A stretch of 63,988 bases of DNA, filler included. It is 9 parts of 9 records of this genome, joined end to end, with 100 filler letters (N's around TTAATTAATTAA, not from the genome) between each part and the next. Parts side by side here need not be neighbours in the genome. Positions count along the whole stretch, not along the records: positions 42,018 to 50,040 come from SRR20825010_2219; positions 50,141 to 57,747 come from SRR20825010_2226; 7 more parts are not named here. The stretch is one strand, 5' to 3'. This document shows, one piece after another, positions 43,329 to 53,723 of the stretch (its first letter is position 1; each line of letters begins with the position of its first letter). Made by a program: the position numbers and the translations under genes. The notes beneath the pieces were generated by a model, which was not told the DNA's origin, did not search any database, and saw nothing but the letters and a program-made list of their open reading frames with translations.

Positions 43329-44915
43329 TCACCGTAATTCGGGACGAAACTGTTTCTGCCATTCGCGTGGTTTGACGCTGATATCAGTATCGTCTTTATA
43401 GGACTTGCGGAGTTCGGTGAGTTGGGTTTTCAACTTCGCGATTGTGTCTTTGTATTCGGGATTGCCGTACTGGTTGGTCAGCTCTTTGGGGTCGTTCTGC
43501 AGATCGTAGAATTCCCATTCGTCGAATTCGTAGAAGCGGATCAGTTTATAGCGATCTGTACGAATACCGAAATGCTTGGCGACTTTGTGGACGCTGGGAA
43601 AATCGAAATAGTGGTAATAGAGGGAATCGCGCCACTCGGGATTTTTCCCTTTGAGCAGGGGGACGAGCGAGCGGCCCTGCATGTCGTCGGGGATGTCAAC
43701 GCCGGCGATGTCGAGGAAGGTTTCCGCGTAGTCGAGGTTCTGGACCAGATCGGTGTTGACGGTGCCGGGCTGCGTGACGCCGGGCCATTTGACGATCAGC
43801 GGCATACGGAAGGATTCTTCATACATCCAGCGTTTGTCGTACCAGCCATGATCGCCGAGGTAGAAGCCCTGGTCGGAGGAGTAGACGATGATCGTATTTT
43901 TATCGAGGCCGGTTTCCTTGAGCCAGGCGAGCATGCGGCCGATATTTTCATCGACGCCTTTTATACAACGAAGGTAGTTCTTGATGTAGCGCTGGTATTT
44001 CCAGCGGACGAGATCTTTGCCTGTGAGGTTTGCTTTTCGCAGGGCTTCGTTTTTGGGGTCGAAGGCGGCGTTCCAGGCTTTGAGTTGCTCGGGTGTCATG
44101 AATTGCAGATTGCGGAAACCAGACTTGTCGAGCGACTTGCCGGCTTTGGGATCCCAGCCTTCCAGTTGGGGGCCGAAGTTATCGTAGACCAGGTTCATGT
44201 AGTTTTCGATCGACATCTCCGCGTGCCGAGCAGGGCTGGCGTTTTCTCTCCAGTCGTCGAAGAGGGTAGTCGGTTCAGGGATAGTGATATCATCGTAGAG
44301 ATGCAGGTGACGGAGAGCCGGCATCCAGGTACGGTGCGGCGCTTTGTGCTGGCACATGAGCATGAAGGGTTTGCCGGAGTTGGCATTCTGCTTGAGCCAG
44401 TCGAGTGCCATGTCGGTAACGATGTCGGTGCAGTAGCCTTCGATGCGTTCGCGCCCCTCGGCGGATTGGAATTCGGGATTGTAGTAGTAGCCCTGCCCCG
44501 GGAGGATTTTCCAGAAGTCGAAGCCCTGGGGATCGGAGGTGAGGTGCCACTTACCGATCATGGCGGTCTGGTAACCGGCTTTTTGCAGGAGTTTGGGGAA
44601 GGTCTGCTGGTCGCCGTTAAAGCGGTTACCGTTCCGCATGAAGCCATTGATGTGGCTGTGTTTGCCGGTGAGGATGACGGCCCGACTGGGTCCACAGATG
44701 GAGTTGGTGCAGAAGCTGTTTTTGAAGAGCATGCCTTCAGCGGCAATTTTGTCGATGTTAGGCGTGGGGTTGATCTTCTCGAGCATTCCCTTATAAGCAC
44801 CGATGGCGTGAGGCGCATGATCGTCGGTAAAGAGAAACAGGATGTTAGGTCGATCCGCAGCATGAGCCAGCGAAGAGAGAGCAAGACAACAGAGCAACAC
44901 GAGCGCGCGAATCAT
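43329..44915 (-). CDS. Sulfatase (S1)
   Basis: [48 protein letters not shown]. Confidence 0.93.
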   Translation of the reverse strand: MIRALVLLCCLALSSLAHAADRPNILFLFTDDHAPHAIGAYKGMLEKINPTPNIDKIAAEGMLFKNSFCTNSICGPSRAVILTGKHSHINGFMRNGNRFNGDQQTFPKLLQKAGYQTAMIGKWHLTSDPQGFDFWKILPGQGYYYNPEFQSAEGRERIEGYCTDIVTDMALDWLKQNANSGKPFMLMCQHKAPHRTWMPALRHLHLYDDITIPEPTTLFDDWRENASPARHAEMSIENYMNLVYDNFGPQLEGWDPKAGKSLDKSGFRNLQFMTPEQLKAWNAAFDPKNEALRKANLTGKDLVRWKYQRYIKNYLRCIKGVDENIGRMLAWLKETGLDKNTIIVYSSDQGFYLGDHGWYDKRWMYEESFRMPLIVKWPGVTQPGTVNTDLVQNLDYAETFLDIAGVDIPDDMQGRSLVPLLKGKNPEWRDSLYYHYFDFPSVHKVAKHFGIRTDRYKLIRFYEFDEWEFYDLQNDPKELTNQYGNPEYKDTIAKLKTQLTELRKSYKDDTDISVKPREWQKQFRPELR

Positions 44916-45172
44916 GAAAGCACCTATGAGTTAGATCGGTATCAAAATAATGAAGGCAGGTGATTTCAGGATAGCGACTGGCGGAGGCAGATGCCAGTAG
45001 ACATGCGGCAAGAAAATGGGAGGGGATTTATTCGAGAGGTTAATAAATGCATCCGTTGGCAGGTTCTTCATCCTGCTTACATTCAATGCTATGTGGACGA
45101 AGCGAATGAAAAAAAGTGAGTGAAAGTCAGAATCCGTTTGCTGCATATTATAATGTTGGTAAAAGGATTTAC

Positions 45173-45439
45173 TCAGGATGTTACGGTCTCCACAGTGTCA
45201 GGTTCGGACTGAGGAGTCCAATTTTCTGTTAAGAGTTTGAGAGCTTTGATCAAACGATCTTCGCTGTTGGCATCAGCGGTGAAAAGCACAAACATTGCCA
45301 GAGCAATGGAATCCAATTCCCTGTTGAAGATAAACTGGCCAAGCAAACCCAGGCCGAACAGACCCATGATGCAGTATTTTCGAATCAAATCTTTCTTCAA
45401 TGCCTTGAGAAACAGGTCTAAGGTTGGTTTCTGTGACAT
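45173..45439 (-). CDS. Small hypothetical membrane protein
   Basis: ATG 45439 after AGGAG; two hydrophobic segments. Confidence 0.55.
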   Translation of the reverse strand: MSQKPTLDLFLKALKKDLIRKYCIMGLFGLGLLGQFIFNRELDSIALAMFVLFTADANSEDRLIKALKLLTENWTPQSEPDTVETVTS

Positions 45440-45630
45440 GATCTGATGCTCCTGACCAAGCGTGTCATCTATTCTTCCAAATTCCAAACAATCCACGGCG
45501 CTGTAATCATTTTACAGACTGAAGCGGCAGTTAGCAGGAGCATCCTGTAGAACGTTTGTAAAAACAGGAAAGTAGTTCCGTTGGGGAAATCAGTTGTATC
45601 CCGACCCCGAGATTGTTTTCTTTATTCTGT

Positions 45631-47883
45631 TTATTGATCTGGGGTCACTGGCAGATCGGGGTGCCCCAGTATTTCTGCTTTCAGCAGCAGGTACTGATAA
45701 CGTTTGGAGTTCAGTGTGGGAGGAAGTGAAACCAACAGTGAGTGCTTGTCGCTCAAATCGGCGGCGACGCTGATGCGTCTCTGTTCGACACTGGGAACCT
45801 GGAAGTTAATTTTTTTGCCGGAGACCTGTGTTTCCATCACTTTCACGCAGGAGATTTCACTTTGCTGGACCAGAACTTCGACGTGTACCGCTGTGTGATC
45901 TGCGGTGAGGATCGGTCTGATTTCAAGCGTCGTCCCCTCAGAAATGAGTTTCAATTTCGGTTTCAGTTCTCCGGATTCCGCTTGATGTACGCCGATAACA
46001 AAAGGTCTTTGCACCTGATTGGCAATGGAGGCTTTCTGGCCATTGAACAGGGTGACCTTTGGATTAAAAGCACATTGACTGCGCTCGTCGCCCTGGGCAG
46101 CCTGGATTAGATTGAACTCCTGTTGTTCGTTGATCACTGCCACACTGATGGGGAAATACTCTTCGACCGCGGCGCTCGCCTGCACGACCGGACGTGGGTT
46201 GGTTTGGTCAAGTTGCGGCTGGCCTGGATCAGGGGTTGTATTTTGGAAACCAGCCAGACCGGTCCACTCAATGTCAGTTTGTGCCGTAACATCAGAGGCG
46301 GTTTCCATGAGAATATTGGCGAAGGTAATCTGGCCACAGCCACTCTGTTCCCAGGCGCGGAGCTGTCGGCTCAATTCCTCGTGCAGGGAATCCGGTGCCT
46401 TGACCACGAGACGGTTCTGCTCATCGAAATCTGCAAGTGCCTGTTTAAGTGGTTTCTCACCTGTCTGGTATTTGCGATTTTGTATTCCCAGCAGAAAATT
46501 GACGTGCGTCATGAGATATCCGTATGCCTGTTCTTCAGAAAGCGATCGTTCCTCGAAAATCCTGCCGACCACATTTTTGACCTGATAGATCCGTAAGTTG
46601 AGCGGCTCTACACTTTCATCGTCATGTGGCGGGAGCAAAGGGAGTTCTGCATACCAGTTGTGCTGGTGTTCATTTTGAATCTGCATTTGCTGATTCGCCG
46701 GGGTAGTGGAATCTTTCACCTCCGCCAGCCCGGTCGCAGCGCAGAGGGTGATGACGATGATGACGGCTGTGGTGTGCAGAGGGTGGACTTTCACTGTTGC
46801 GCCGCGGAGTGCCTTGAGCCGGTTGGCCAGGGACCGTTTGCGGAAGGGGGGCTTCAGAAATCCCAGGAGCGAGACGGGGAGAGAAATGCGCCAGCGTGAG
46901 CCGGGATCGCGTTGTGCGAGTGTGAGCAGGAGTTCGCTGAACTCGCGGGAAGGATCAGAGTGTGTGTCGTTGACTTGCTGTTCTCGCCAGCGGAGGACCA
47001 TGGCATCGCGGGACTGTTCGCGGAGGCTGCCGTAACGGGTGGCTGCCAGCCAGTAGAGGGGATTCCACCAGTGCAGCAATCGCAGGCCGAACAAAAACCA
47101 GTTGACCCACAGGTCCCGCTGCTTAAGATGCGCCAACTCGTGGAGCATGATGAGTTGGAGCTGACTGTCGCTCAGCTCTGTGAGATCGGTGGGGAGCAGC
47201 AGCTTCGGTCGCCAGGCTCCCATGACGGAGGGCTGGGAGGTGTCGTCTGTTACAATCACCGGAACAGAACGGCGGAAACACACCTGCACACAACAGGTGT
47301 TCCAGAGTTGCAGGAGTCGCTGATCTGTAGAGGCGGGAAGTCGATTGATCTTTTGTGTAAACCGCCAATGGGTGACCAGCATCCGCGTCAGAATGAAGAG
47401 GGCTCCGATGAACCAGAGTGGGGGGAGGATACGCAGGAACCATAGCAGCAGGTTGAAGAGATATTCCTGAAGTGTTTTGGTAAAACTGACTTCAGGGGGT
47501 TTGGGTTCCGGGAACTGGATTTGATGCATGGGGGGTACATCTGCCGTGGTCGTCGCGTTGGTATCAGTCATCGGCCAGGGTTCCGGAGTGTAGGCATCAC
47601 GGGGCGGTTCGGCGGGGGTCGATTCTTCCATGAATTCCACCAACAGATTCGTCAGGCTATACGTACTCTCGGGAGCAAAGCCGTAGGGTATGGCGAGCCT
47701 GATGAGGACCAGAGCCCAGAGCAATCCCATCTGTCCGGCGGTCAGCCATTTTCGTGCGAAGAGGTTGATTAACAAAACGAGCCCCGCCAGCAGGCCGGCG
47801 ATGATGGTGGGGATGATTAAGAGTTCTATGATTTGATCGGCGTAATTAACATAGAGGTCTGCAGCCCATAGGAATCCATTCAT
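45631..47883 (-). CDS. BlaR1/MecR1-type M56 metallopeptidase with C-terminal secretin-like domain
   Basis: LWALVLIRL, PSVMGAWRPKLLLP, HELAH, HWWNPL, EQSRD; C-terminus AAQGDERS...PKVTLFNGQKASI...EGTTLEIRPILTAD. Confidence 0.85.
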   Translation of the reverse strand: MNGFLWAADLYVNYADQIIELLIIPTIIAGLLAGLVLLINLFARKWLTAGQMGLLWALVLIRLAIPYGFAPESTYSLTNLLVEFMEESTPAEPPRDAYTPEPWPMTDTNATTTADVPPMHQIQFPEPKPPEVSFTKTLQEYLFNLLLWFLRILPPLWFIGALFILTRMLVTHWRFTQKINRLPASTDQRLLQLWNTCCVQVCFRRSVPVIVTDDTSQPSVMGAWRPKLLLPTDLTELSDSQLQLIMLHELAHLKQRDLWVNWFLFGLRLLHWWNPLYWLAATRYGSLREQSRDAMVLRWREQQVNDTHSDPSREFSELLLTLAQRDPGSRWRISLPVSLLGFLKPPFRKRSLANRLKALRGATVKVHPLHTTAVIIVITLCAATGLAEVKDSTTPANQQMQIQNEHQHNWYAELPLLPPHDDESVEPLNLRIYQVKNVVGRIFEERSLSEEQAYGYLMTHVNFLLGIQNRKYQTGEKPLKQALADFDEQNRLVVKAPDSLHEELSRQLRAWEQSGCGQITFANILMETASDVTAQTDIEWTGLAGFQNTTPDPGQPQLDQTNPRPVVQASAAVEEYFPISVAVINEQQEFNLIQAAQGDERSQCAFNPKVTLFNGQKASIANQVQRPFVIGVHQAESGELKPKLKLISEGTTLEIRPILTADHTAVHVEVLVQQSEISCVKVMETQVSGKKINFQVPSVEQRRISVAADLSDKHSLLVSLPPTLNSKRYQYLLLKAEILGHPDLPVTPDQ

Positions 47884-47885
47884 GT

Positions 47886-48257
47886 TCAACGTTCCTTCTC
47901 ATCGAGTATGCGGCGGAGTTCTGCGATGTCCTGTGCAGAGAGTTTTGTATGTTGCATGAAATGTGCGAGCAGCGGGCCGGGTTCACTGTCAAAAACCCGG
48001 TCCAGAAAGGCGCGGCTGGCCTGTTTGACACAGGCCGAGCGTTTGACACGGGAGTGGTAGACGTAGCGGTTGCCCTGCTCTTCAAACGTGAGCACCTCTT
48101 TTTTGACGAGGCGATGCAGCATAGTTTTGATGGTCTGGGGGGCCCATTCGGCCTGATCAGAAAGACGAGATACAATTTCCTGAGAAGTCAGCGGCTGGCC
48201 GTCCCAGATGATATTCATCACCTGCCATTCAGCATCAGAAATGGATACCTGAGTCAT
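47886..48257 (-). CDS. BlaI/MecI/CopY family repressor
   Basis: ISDAEWQVMNIIW, WAPQTIKTMLHRLVKK, FLDRVFD; directly upstream of the M56 gene. Confidence 0.93.
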   Translation of the reverse strand: MTQVSISDAEWQVMNIIWDGQPLTSQEIVSRLSDQAEWAPQTIKTMLHRLVKKEVLTFEEQGNRYVYHSRVKRSACVKQASRAFLDRVFDSEPGPLLAHFMQHTKLSAQDIAELRRILDEKER

Positions 48258-48278
48258 TGCGAATTCTCCTCCGTGATT

Positions 48279-48318
48279 GTTTACAGACGTAATTAACTAC
48301 ATTTGTAAACGATGTCAA
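48279..48318 (-). promoter_or_regulatory. BlaI-type operators overlapping a sigma70-like promoter
   Basis: TACAttTGTA (48298-48307) and TACAgaCGTA (48282-48291); -35 TTGACA on the minus strand at 48318-48313. Confidence 0.75.
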
Positions 48319-48859
48319 GAGAAGAGTGTACATTCCGTGTAATCGTGACGCATTTTTTGAGTATTCAACTTTTGGTACCTCTATCTGGAAAGACGTCAGA
48401 ACTGTCCAGAACGATTGGTTATCCTCACCGGAAGTGTGAATAACCGGTGAAACAACCACAAAATCGGAGTTTATTGCAGGTTCCCGCTTGTGACAGATGG
48501 CAGAATTCATTACAAGGGGCATGTGGATTTTTAAAGAACTGAGGGATAGTACGCCCTCACATGAAAATGTTGATCCCCTCAACATCCCACCTGAGTATCC
48601 TGCAACGCGCTCCCTGAGATGGTCTAGCGTATCGTCGAAAGGTTCTGTTTGAATCTGAACAGTCAATAGTATGTGTTGCTGAATCTTGAGTTACCGGATT
48701 TGCGAAACTGCGATTCTGGAATTCAAGTCTGCTTTTGCACTCGAGCGGTCAGTTTCCTGTGCGCCCCGTTTCCGTGTTGGCACGGAGAGTCTGCTGGCGA
48801 AAGGTTCGCCTTCCAGGCTGACTGTGCAGACAAATCTTGAGAATGTTATTGGAGTTTAG

Positions 48860-50040
48860 ATGTTAGCGTTTTTTTCGAAGCATACCGCTTCCGTCAAGGA
48901 TGATGTTCTGTCAGGTTTAACCGTGGCGCTGGCGCTGGTGCCGGAAGCAGTTGCCTTTGCATTTGTCGCAGGAGTCCCGCCGACCGTCGGTCTGTATTCC
49001 GCTTTCTTTATTGGCTTTATCAGTGCATTAGCCGGGGGCCGTCCCGGTATGATTTCCGGAGCCACCGGCGCGATGGCCGTCGTCATCGTCTCACTGGTCG
49101 CCATGCATGGCATTCAGTACCTGTTTCCCGCAGTCATTTTGTGTGGACTGTTGCAGATTACCGTGGGTGTGCTGCGACTCGGAAAACTGATCCGCCTGGT
49201 CCCCCATTCGGTGATGCTGGGTTTTGTAAATGGACTGGCCATCGTCATTGGTCTGGCACAGATTGGAAGTTTTAAAACACTGGGCGTTGATGGCAGTATG
49301 ACATTTCTGTCGGGTGTTCCCATGACGATCATGATCAGCCTGGTTGCGCTTACAATGGCGGTGATTGTTCTGCTTCCCAAACTGACGAAAGCGGTTCCCA
49401 GTTCGCTGGCTGCGATTATTATGGTCTCTGTCATCGCCGTCGGCATCAATAAACTCGCTCCTGAGAGTTGGATTCCTGCTGGACAGAATAACCTCGTTCA
49501 GACCGTGGACGACCTGATGATGAATAATCTGAAAGCAAAGGCCGTTACAGAAGCGGAGCAGGAAGCGCTTGCGGCTGAAAATACAGACGCGACAGAACAG
49601 CCAGCAAAGGCATCCGTTTTAAATGAAACACAGATCGCGACAGCCGTCGCTTCCGTGCAGCCGACCAAAGAGCCGCTGCCGATGCTGTTCTTCCTGGACT
49701 CGCGATATGTCCTGGCGCCATTTTCCTGGGAAACGCTGTTGATCATCTTCCCGTTCTCGCTGATTCTGGCAGGAGTCGGGTTGATTGAATCGCTGATGAC
49801 GCTGACGCTGATTGATGAAATCACCGAAACTCGCGGAAGCGGAAACCGGGAATGTATCGGACAGGGGGCTGCCAACATTGTCTGTGGCCTGTTTGGCGGC
49901 ATGGGTGGTTGTGCGATGATTGGTCAGTCTCTGATCAATGTGAATTCCGGCGGACGAGGGCGTCTATCGGGTGTCGTCGGTGCCGTTGGCCTGTTGATGT
50001 TCGTGGTGCTGCTCAAGCCTGTTATTTCCATGGTGCCGAT
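48860..50040 (+). CDS. SulP/SLC26 family inorganic anion transporter (3'-truncated)
   Basis: [44 protein letters not shown]. Confidence 0.92.
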
Positions 50041-50140
50041 NNNNNNNNNNNNNNNNNNNNNNNNNNNNNNNNNNNNNNNNNNNNTTAATTAATTAANNNN
50101 NNNNNNNNNNNNNNNNNNNNNNNNNNNNNNNNNNNNNNNN
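50041..50140. other. Artificial contig linker
   Basis: N44-TTAATTAATTAA-N44. Confidence 0.99.
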
Positions 50141-50282
50141 CAAGAATTAAAGAATCAAGAACAAAGATTTTTTTCTTCTAACTTCGGACTCCCGACTTCA
50201 GTCTTCTTTATTATTTTTAAATTAGAACATTCACAAATTTAAAACTTACAGCTAACCGAATACTTATAACAGGTTTTTATTC

Positions 50283-50346
50283 TTAAACAATTCAATTTTT
50301 CAATCCTTAAATTGTTCAATCTTTTAATTTCTCAATCTTTCAATCA
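50283..50346. repeat. Degenerate 8-bp tandem repeat (8 units, consensus about TTCAATCT)
   Basis: ttaaacaa ttcaattt ttcaatcc ttaaattg ttcaatct tttaattt ctcaatct ttcaatca, abutting the methyltransferase stop codon. Confidence 0.7.
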
Positions 50347-51075
50347 CTAAAATCGTCGTTTAAACTCACTCAACAAAATAGCAGTAGCTGTAGCTACATT
50401 TAAACTTTCTGTAGCTTGAATGTCTCCAAAACGAGGAATACTAATTCTATTTTTAATCAGTAATAAAATAGCCTCAGAAATACCATTTGCCTCATTCCCC
50501 ATTACGAGAACTGCATTTTGAGGCACTTCAGTTTTATATATATTAGCTCCCTCCATAGTGGCACAAAATACAGCACGAGTTTCCTTAGTAAGATATTTCT
50601 CTAAATCGGTGTAGACCACATTTACTCGGGTTAAAGACCCCATCGTTGCTTGAATAACTTTTGGATTGTAACAATCTACTGTGTTAGCACTGCATACCAA
50701 CGCAGAGATCCCAAACCAATCGCACATTCTAATAATTGTCCCTAAATTACCAGGGTCGCGGACATCATCTAAAACAAGCGTTAAGCCATCTTCAATAATC
50801 TCAGTTGTCTTTTTGGTATAAAAAGTTGCTAATGCAGGACTTGGAGTTCTTAATGCACTCATTTTTTTTAAGATTCCTTCAGAAACCAAAGTAACTTTTT
50901 CGGGAGCTATATTTACTATATTTTCTTCGGAAGCATAAATTTTATGAAGTTTAAAATCAGATTTCAACAATTCATTAATTACTTTTACGCCTTCAGCAAT
51001 AAAAAGTCCTTCTTTATTTCTGTACTTTTTTTGATGTAAGCTCGTTATAAGTTTTATTTCGCTTTTGCTAACCAT
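50347..51075 (-). CDS. TrmH/SpoU family RNA methyltransferase
   Basis: DPGNLGTIIR, MGNEANGIS, ESLNVA. Confidence 0.93.
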   Translation of the reverse strand: MVSKSEIKLITSLHQKKYRNKEGLFIAEGVKVINELLKSDFKLHKIYASEENIVNIAPEKVTLVSEGILKKMSALRTPSPALATFYTKKTTEIIEDGLTLVLDDVRDPGNLGTIIRMCDWFGISALVCSANTVDCYNPKVIQATMGSLTRVNVVYTDLEKYLTKETRAVFCATMEGANIYKTEVPQNAVLVMGNEANGISEAILLLIKNRISIPRFGDIQATESLNVATATAILLSEFKRRF

Positions 51076-51116
51076 CCAAATAATGTATTTTTGACGTTAA
51101 ATTAATAAATACCCGA

Positions 51117-53651
51117 TTGAGACATTTTTTTGTAAAAATAACAGTATTATTCTTTGTAATACTATTTATAAGTTCTTGTAATGCCATAAAAAGGGTAAAA
51201 GATGGTCAATTATTACTTACCAAAAATAGTATTTCTGTAAATAATGAGAAGATTAAGAATGACGAAGTTCAAGGTTTAATCTCCCAAAGACCAAATAATT
51301 TAGGGCGATTAGCGCTTTATAATTTAGCACGAGAAAATGCCGACTCTTTTTATACAGCCAGACTTGATAGCAATTTAAACGACATCAATTTTTTCGAAAA
51401 AATTATCTCAAAAAAGCAATTAGTACAGGTAGCCGATTATAAAATAAATTTTAATAACTGGCTAAAAAAAACTGGAGAAGCACCCGTAATAGTAGATCCT
51501 CTAAAAACTGCTAAATCTGCCGAACGTCTTAATAAATATTACGAAACAAAAGGTTATTTTAATAACGATGTCCGTTTTGAAATAGATACCGCAGGTCAAA
51601 AAGAAAAAAGAGCAGAGGTAAATTACAACGTTACTACAGGTCCTACCTATTATTTAGACACCATTACTACTGCCATAGCTTCTAAAGATTTAGATTCTCT
51701 TTACAAAAGATACAAACGTTTCTCAAGAATTAGAACCGGACAAAGATTTGACCTTGATAATTTTCAAGCTGAAAAAGAACGTTTAACATCTATTTTTGCT
51801 AATAACGGTATCTATAAGTTTCAGCCAAATGCCATTAGTTTTGATATTGAAAGAGATACAACAACAGGCCAAGATTATAAAATGCCTGTTGAAGTTGATA
51901 TTGATAATAAAACAGAAGGAGATTCTATAAATGGTTTTGAATATAAAATCCACCATATAAATAAAGTTAATATATATGCCGATTACACTTTTGGCGACAA
52001 TCAAGATTCTTTACAAACTATTGAAAATGATGGATACACCATCTACTTCAAAAACAAATTAAAATACCGACCAAATGCACTAACCGATGTTATTGCAATA
52101 CTCCCAGGAAATGTTTATAAAGAATCTGACCGGGCATTAACCTCCAAACAGATAAACAACTTAAAGGTTTTTAAATACCCAAATATTAATTACTCTTATG
52201 CAGATAGTACCGATAACAAACTAAATACAGACATTTACCTTGCGCCTAGACCTAGATTTTCTTTAGGTTTTAGCACCGATTTATTACATTCAAACATTCA
52301 AGATATTGGAATTTCTTTTAGTACTTCGCTCATTAGTAGAAATATTTTTAGAGGAGCCGAAACTTTAGACATTGCTTTAAGGGGAACTGTAGGTTCTTCA
52401 TCAGATTTTAAAAATACAAGTAGTAGTTTTTTCAACTTAGCAGAATTTGGAGCCGACATAGGACTAAACTTTCCTCGTATATTTTTCCCTTTTAATACGG
52501 ATGGTATCATTCCGAAATCTATGTCTCCTGAAACTAGATTTTCTCTTGGAACCACACTTCAAAAAAATATCGGTTTAGACAAACAAACCTTTAACGGAAT
52601 TTTACGTTACAAGTGGAAACCTACTAATCAGCGTCAAAATATTGTTGAACTATTGAACATTCAATATGTAAAAAACCTAAATACAGATAGATATTATGAT
52701 GTGTATGATAATAGTTATGGAGATCTAAATGATGTTGCAGATAATTACACACAAGTAGCCGACACTAGTTATTACAATTCCAACGGAGATTTAGTAATTC
52801 CAGATGGAACTTCTGGATTTACAAACGATGTGCTCGATGGATCAATTACTACTTCTCAAAGTGATTATAACGAAGTTTCTAGATTAGAAGACAGACGTGA
52901 TAGACTTACCGCAAATAATTTAATTTTTTCTAGTAATTATACTTATTTCAAAAACAATCGAAGAAATGTAAATGACAATAATTTCTTTCAGTTTAGAGGA
53001 AAAATAGAATTTGCTGGAAACCTACTTTCTGCCCTCGCACCAATAGTAGATTTTGAACAAAATGAAGATGGTAAAAATTTAATTTTTGGAGTCCAATATT
53101 CACAATATGTAAAAACAGAATTAGATTATATTAAATACTGGCGTTTATCTAGAAGTAATGTTCTTGCTTTTAGAAGCTTTTTAGGAATTGCTATTCCATA
53201 TGGAAATGCAGATAACATCCCTTTTATCCGAAGTTATTTTGCAGGAGGATCTAACGACAATAGAGCTTGGCAACCATATTCTTTAGGGCCAGGGCGCACA
53301 GATAACGTAAACGATTTTAATGAAGCAAACTTAAAAATAGCCTTTAATCTAGAATATCGATTTAATTTAATAGGCGATTTTAAAGGAGCTCTTTTTGCCG
53401 ATGCAGGAAATATTTGGAACTTTTTAGATAACGTAGATGAAGAAGAAGCTGTTTTTGAAGATTTTAAATCTCTAAAAGAAATTGCATTAGGAACAGGATT
53501 TGGACTTCGGTATGATTTTAATTTCTTTGTTTTGCGTTTTGATATTGGATTTAAAACATACGATCCATCATATAATCAAGGTAAGAGATGGTTTACAGAT
53601 TACAACTTTGGTAATGCAGTATATAATATTGGTATTAATTATCCTTTCTAA
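51117..53651 (+). CDS. Omp85/BamA-TamA family outer membrane lipoprotein (TamL-like)
   Basis: Lipobox ISSC, POTRA-like region, YFAGGSNDNRAW, ALFADAGNIW, C-terminal IGINYPF. Confidence 0.85.
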   Translation: MRHFFVKITVLFFVILFISSCNAIKRVKDGQLLLTKNSISVNNEKIKNDEVQGLISQRPNNLGRLALYNLARENADSFYTARLDSNLNDINFFEKIISKKQLVQVADYKINFNNWLKKTGEAPVIVDPLKTAKSAERLNKYYETKGYFNNDVRFEIDTAGQKEKRAEVNYNVTTGPTYYLDTITTAIASKDLDSLYKRYKRFSRIRTGQRFDLDNFQAEKERLTSIFANNGIYKFQPNAISFDIERDTTTGQDYKMPVEVDIDNKTEGDSINGFEYKIHHINKVNIYADYTFGDNQDSLQTIENDGYTIYFKNKLKYRPNALTDVIAILPGNVYKESDRALTSKQINNLKVFKYPNINYSYADSTDNKLNTDIYLAPRPRFSLGFSTDLLHSNIQDIGISFSTSLISRNIFRGAETLDIALRGTVGSSSDFKNTSSSFFNLAEFGADIGLNFPRIFFPFNTDGIIPKSMSPETRFSLGTTLQKNIGLDKQTFNGILRYKWKPTNQRQNIVELLNIQYVKNLNTDRYYDVYDNSYGDLNDVADNYTQVADTSYYNSNGDLVIPDGTSGFTNDVLDGSITTSQSDYNEVSRLEDRRDRLTANNLIFSSNYTYFKNNRRNVNDNNFFQFRGKIEFAGNLLSALAPIVDFEQNEDGKNLIFGVQYSQYVKTELDYIKYWRLSRSNVLAFRSFLGIAIPYGNADNIPFIRSYFAGGSNDNRAWQPYSLGPGRTDNVNDFNEANLKIAFNLEYRFNLIGDFKGALFADAGNIWNFLDNVDEEEAVFEDFKSLKEIALGTGFGLRYDFNFFVLRFDIGFKTYDPSYNQGKRWFTDYNFGNAVYNIGINYPF

Positions 53652-53723
53652 GAGCGCTAAATTTATTATTTTTGCAAACGCATTACATAAAACAACTAAA
53701 TATAAATTTGAAACTAAAATTTT

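Noticed and set aside
43422..44963. 513-aa plus-strand ORF
   Set aside because: Antisense shadow of the sulfatase at 43329-44915
48235..48666. 143-aa ORF upstream of blaI
   Set aside because: Runs through the blaI promoter/operators and has no recognisable motifs
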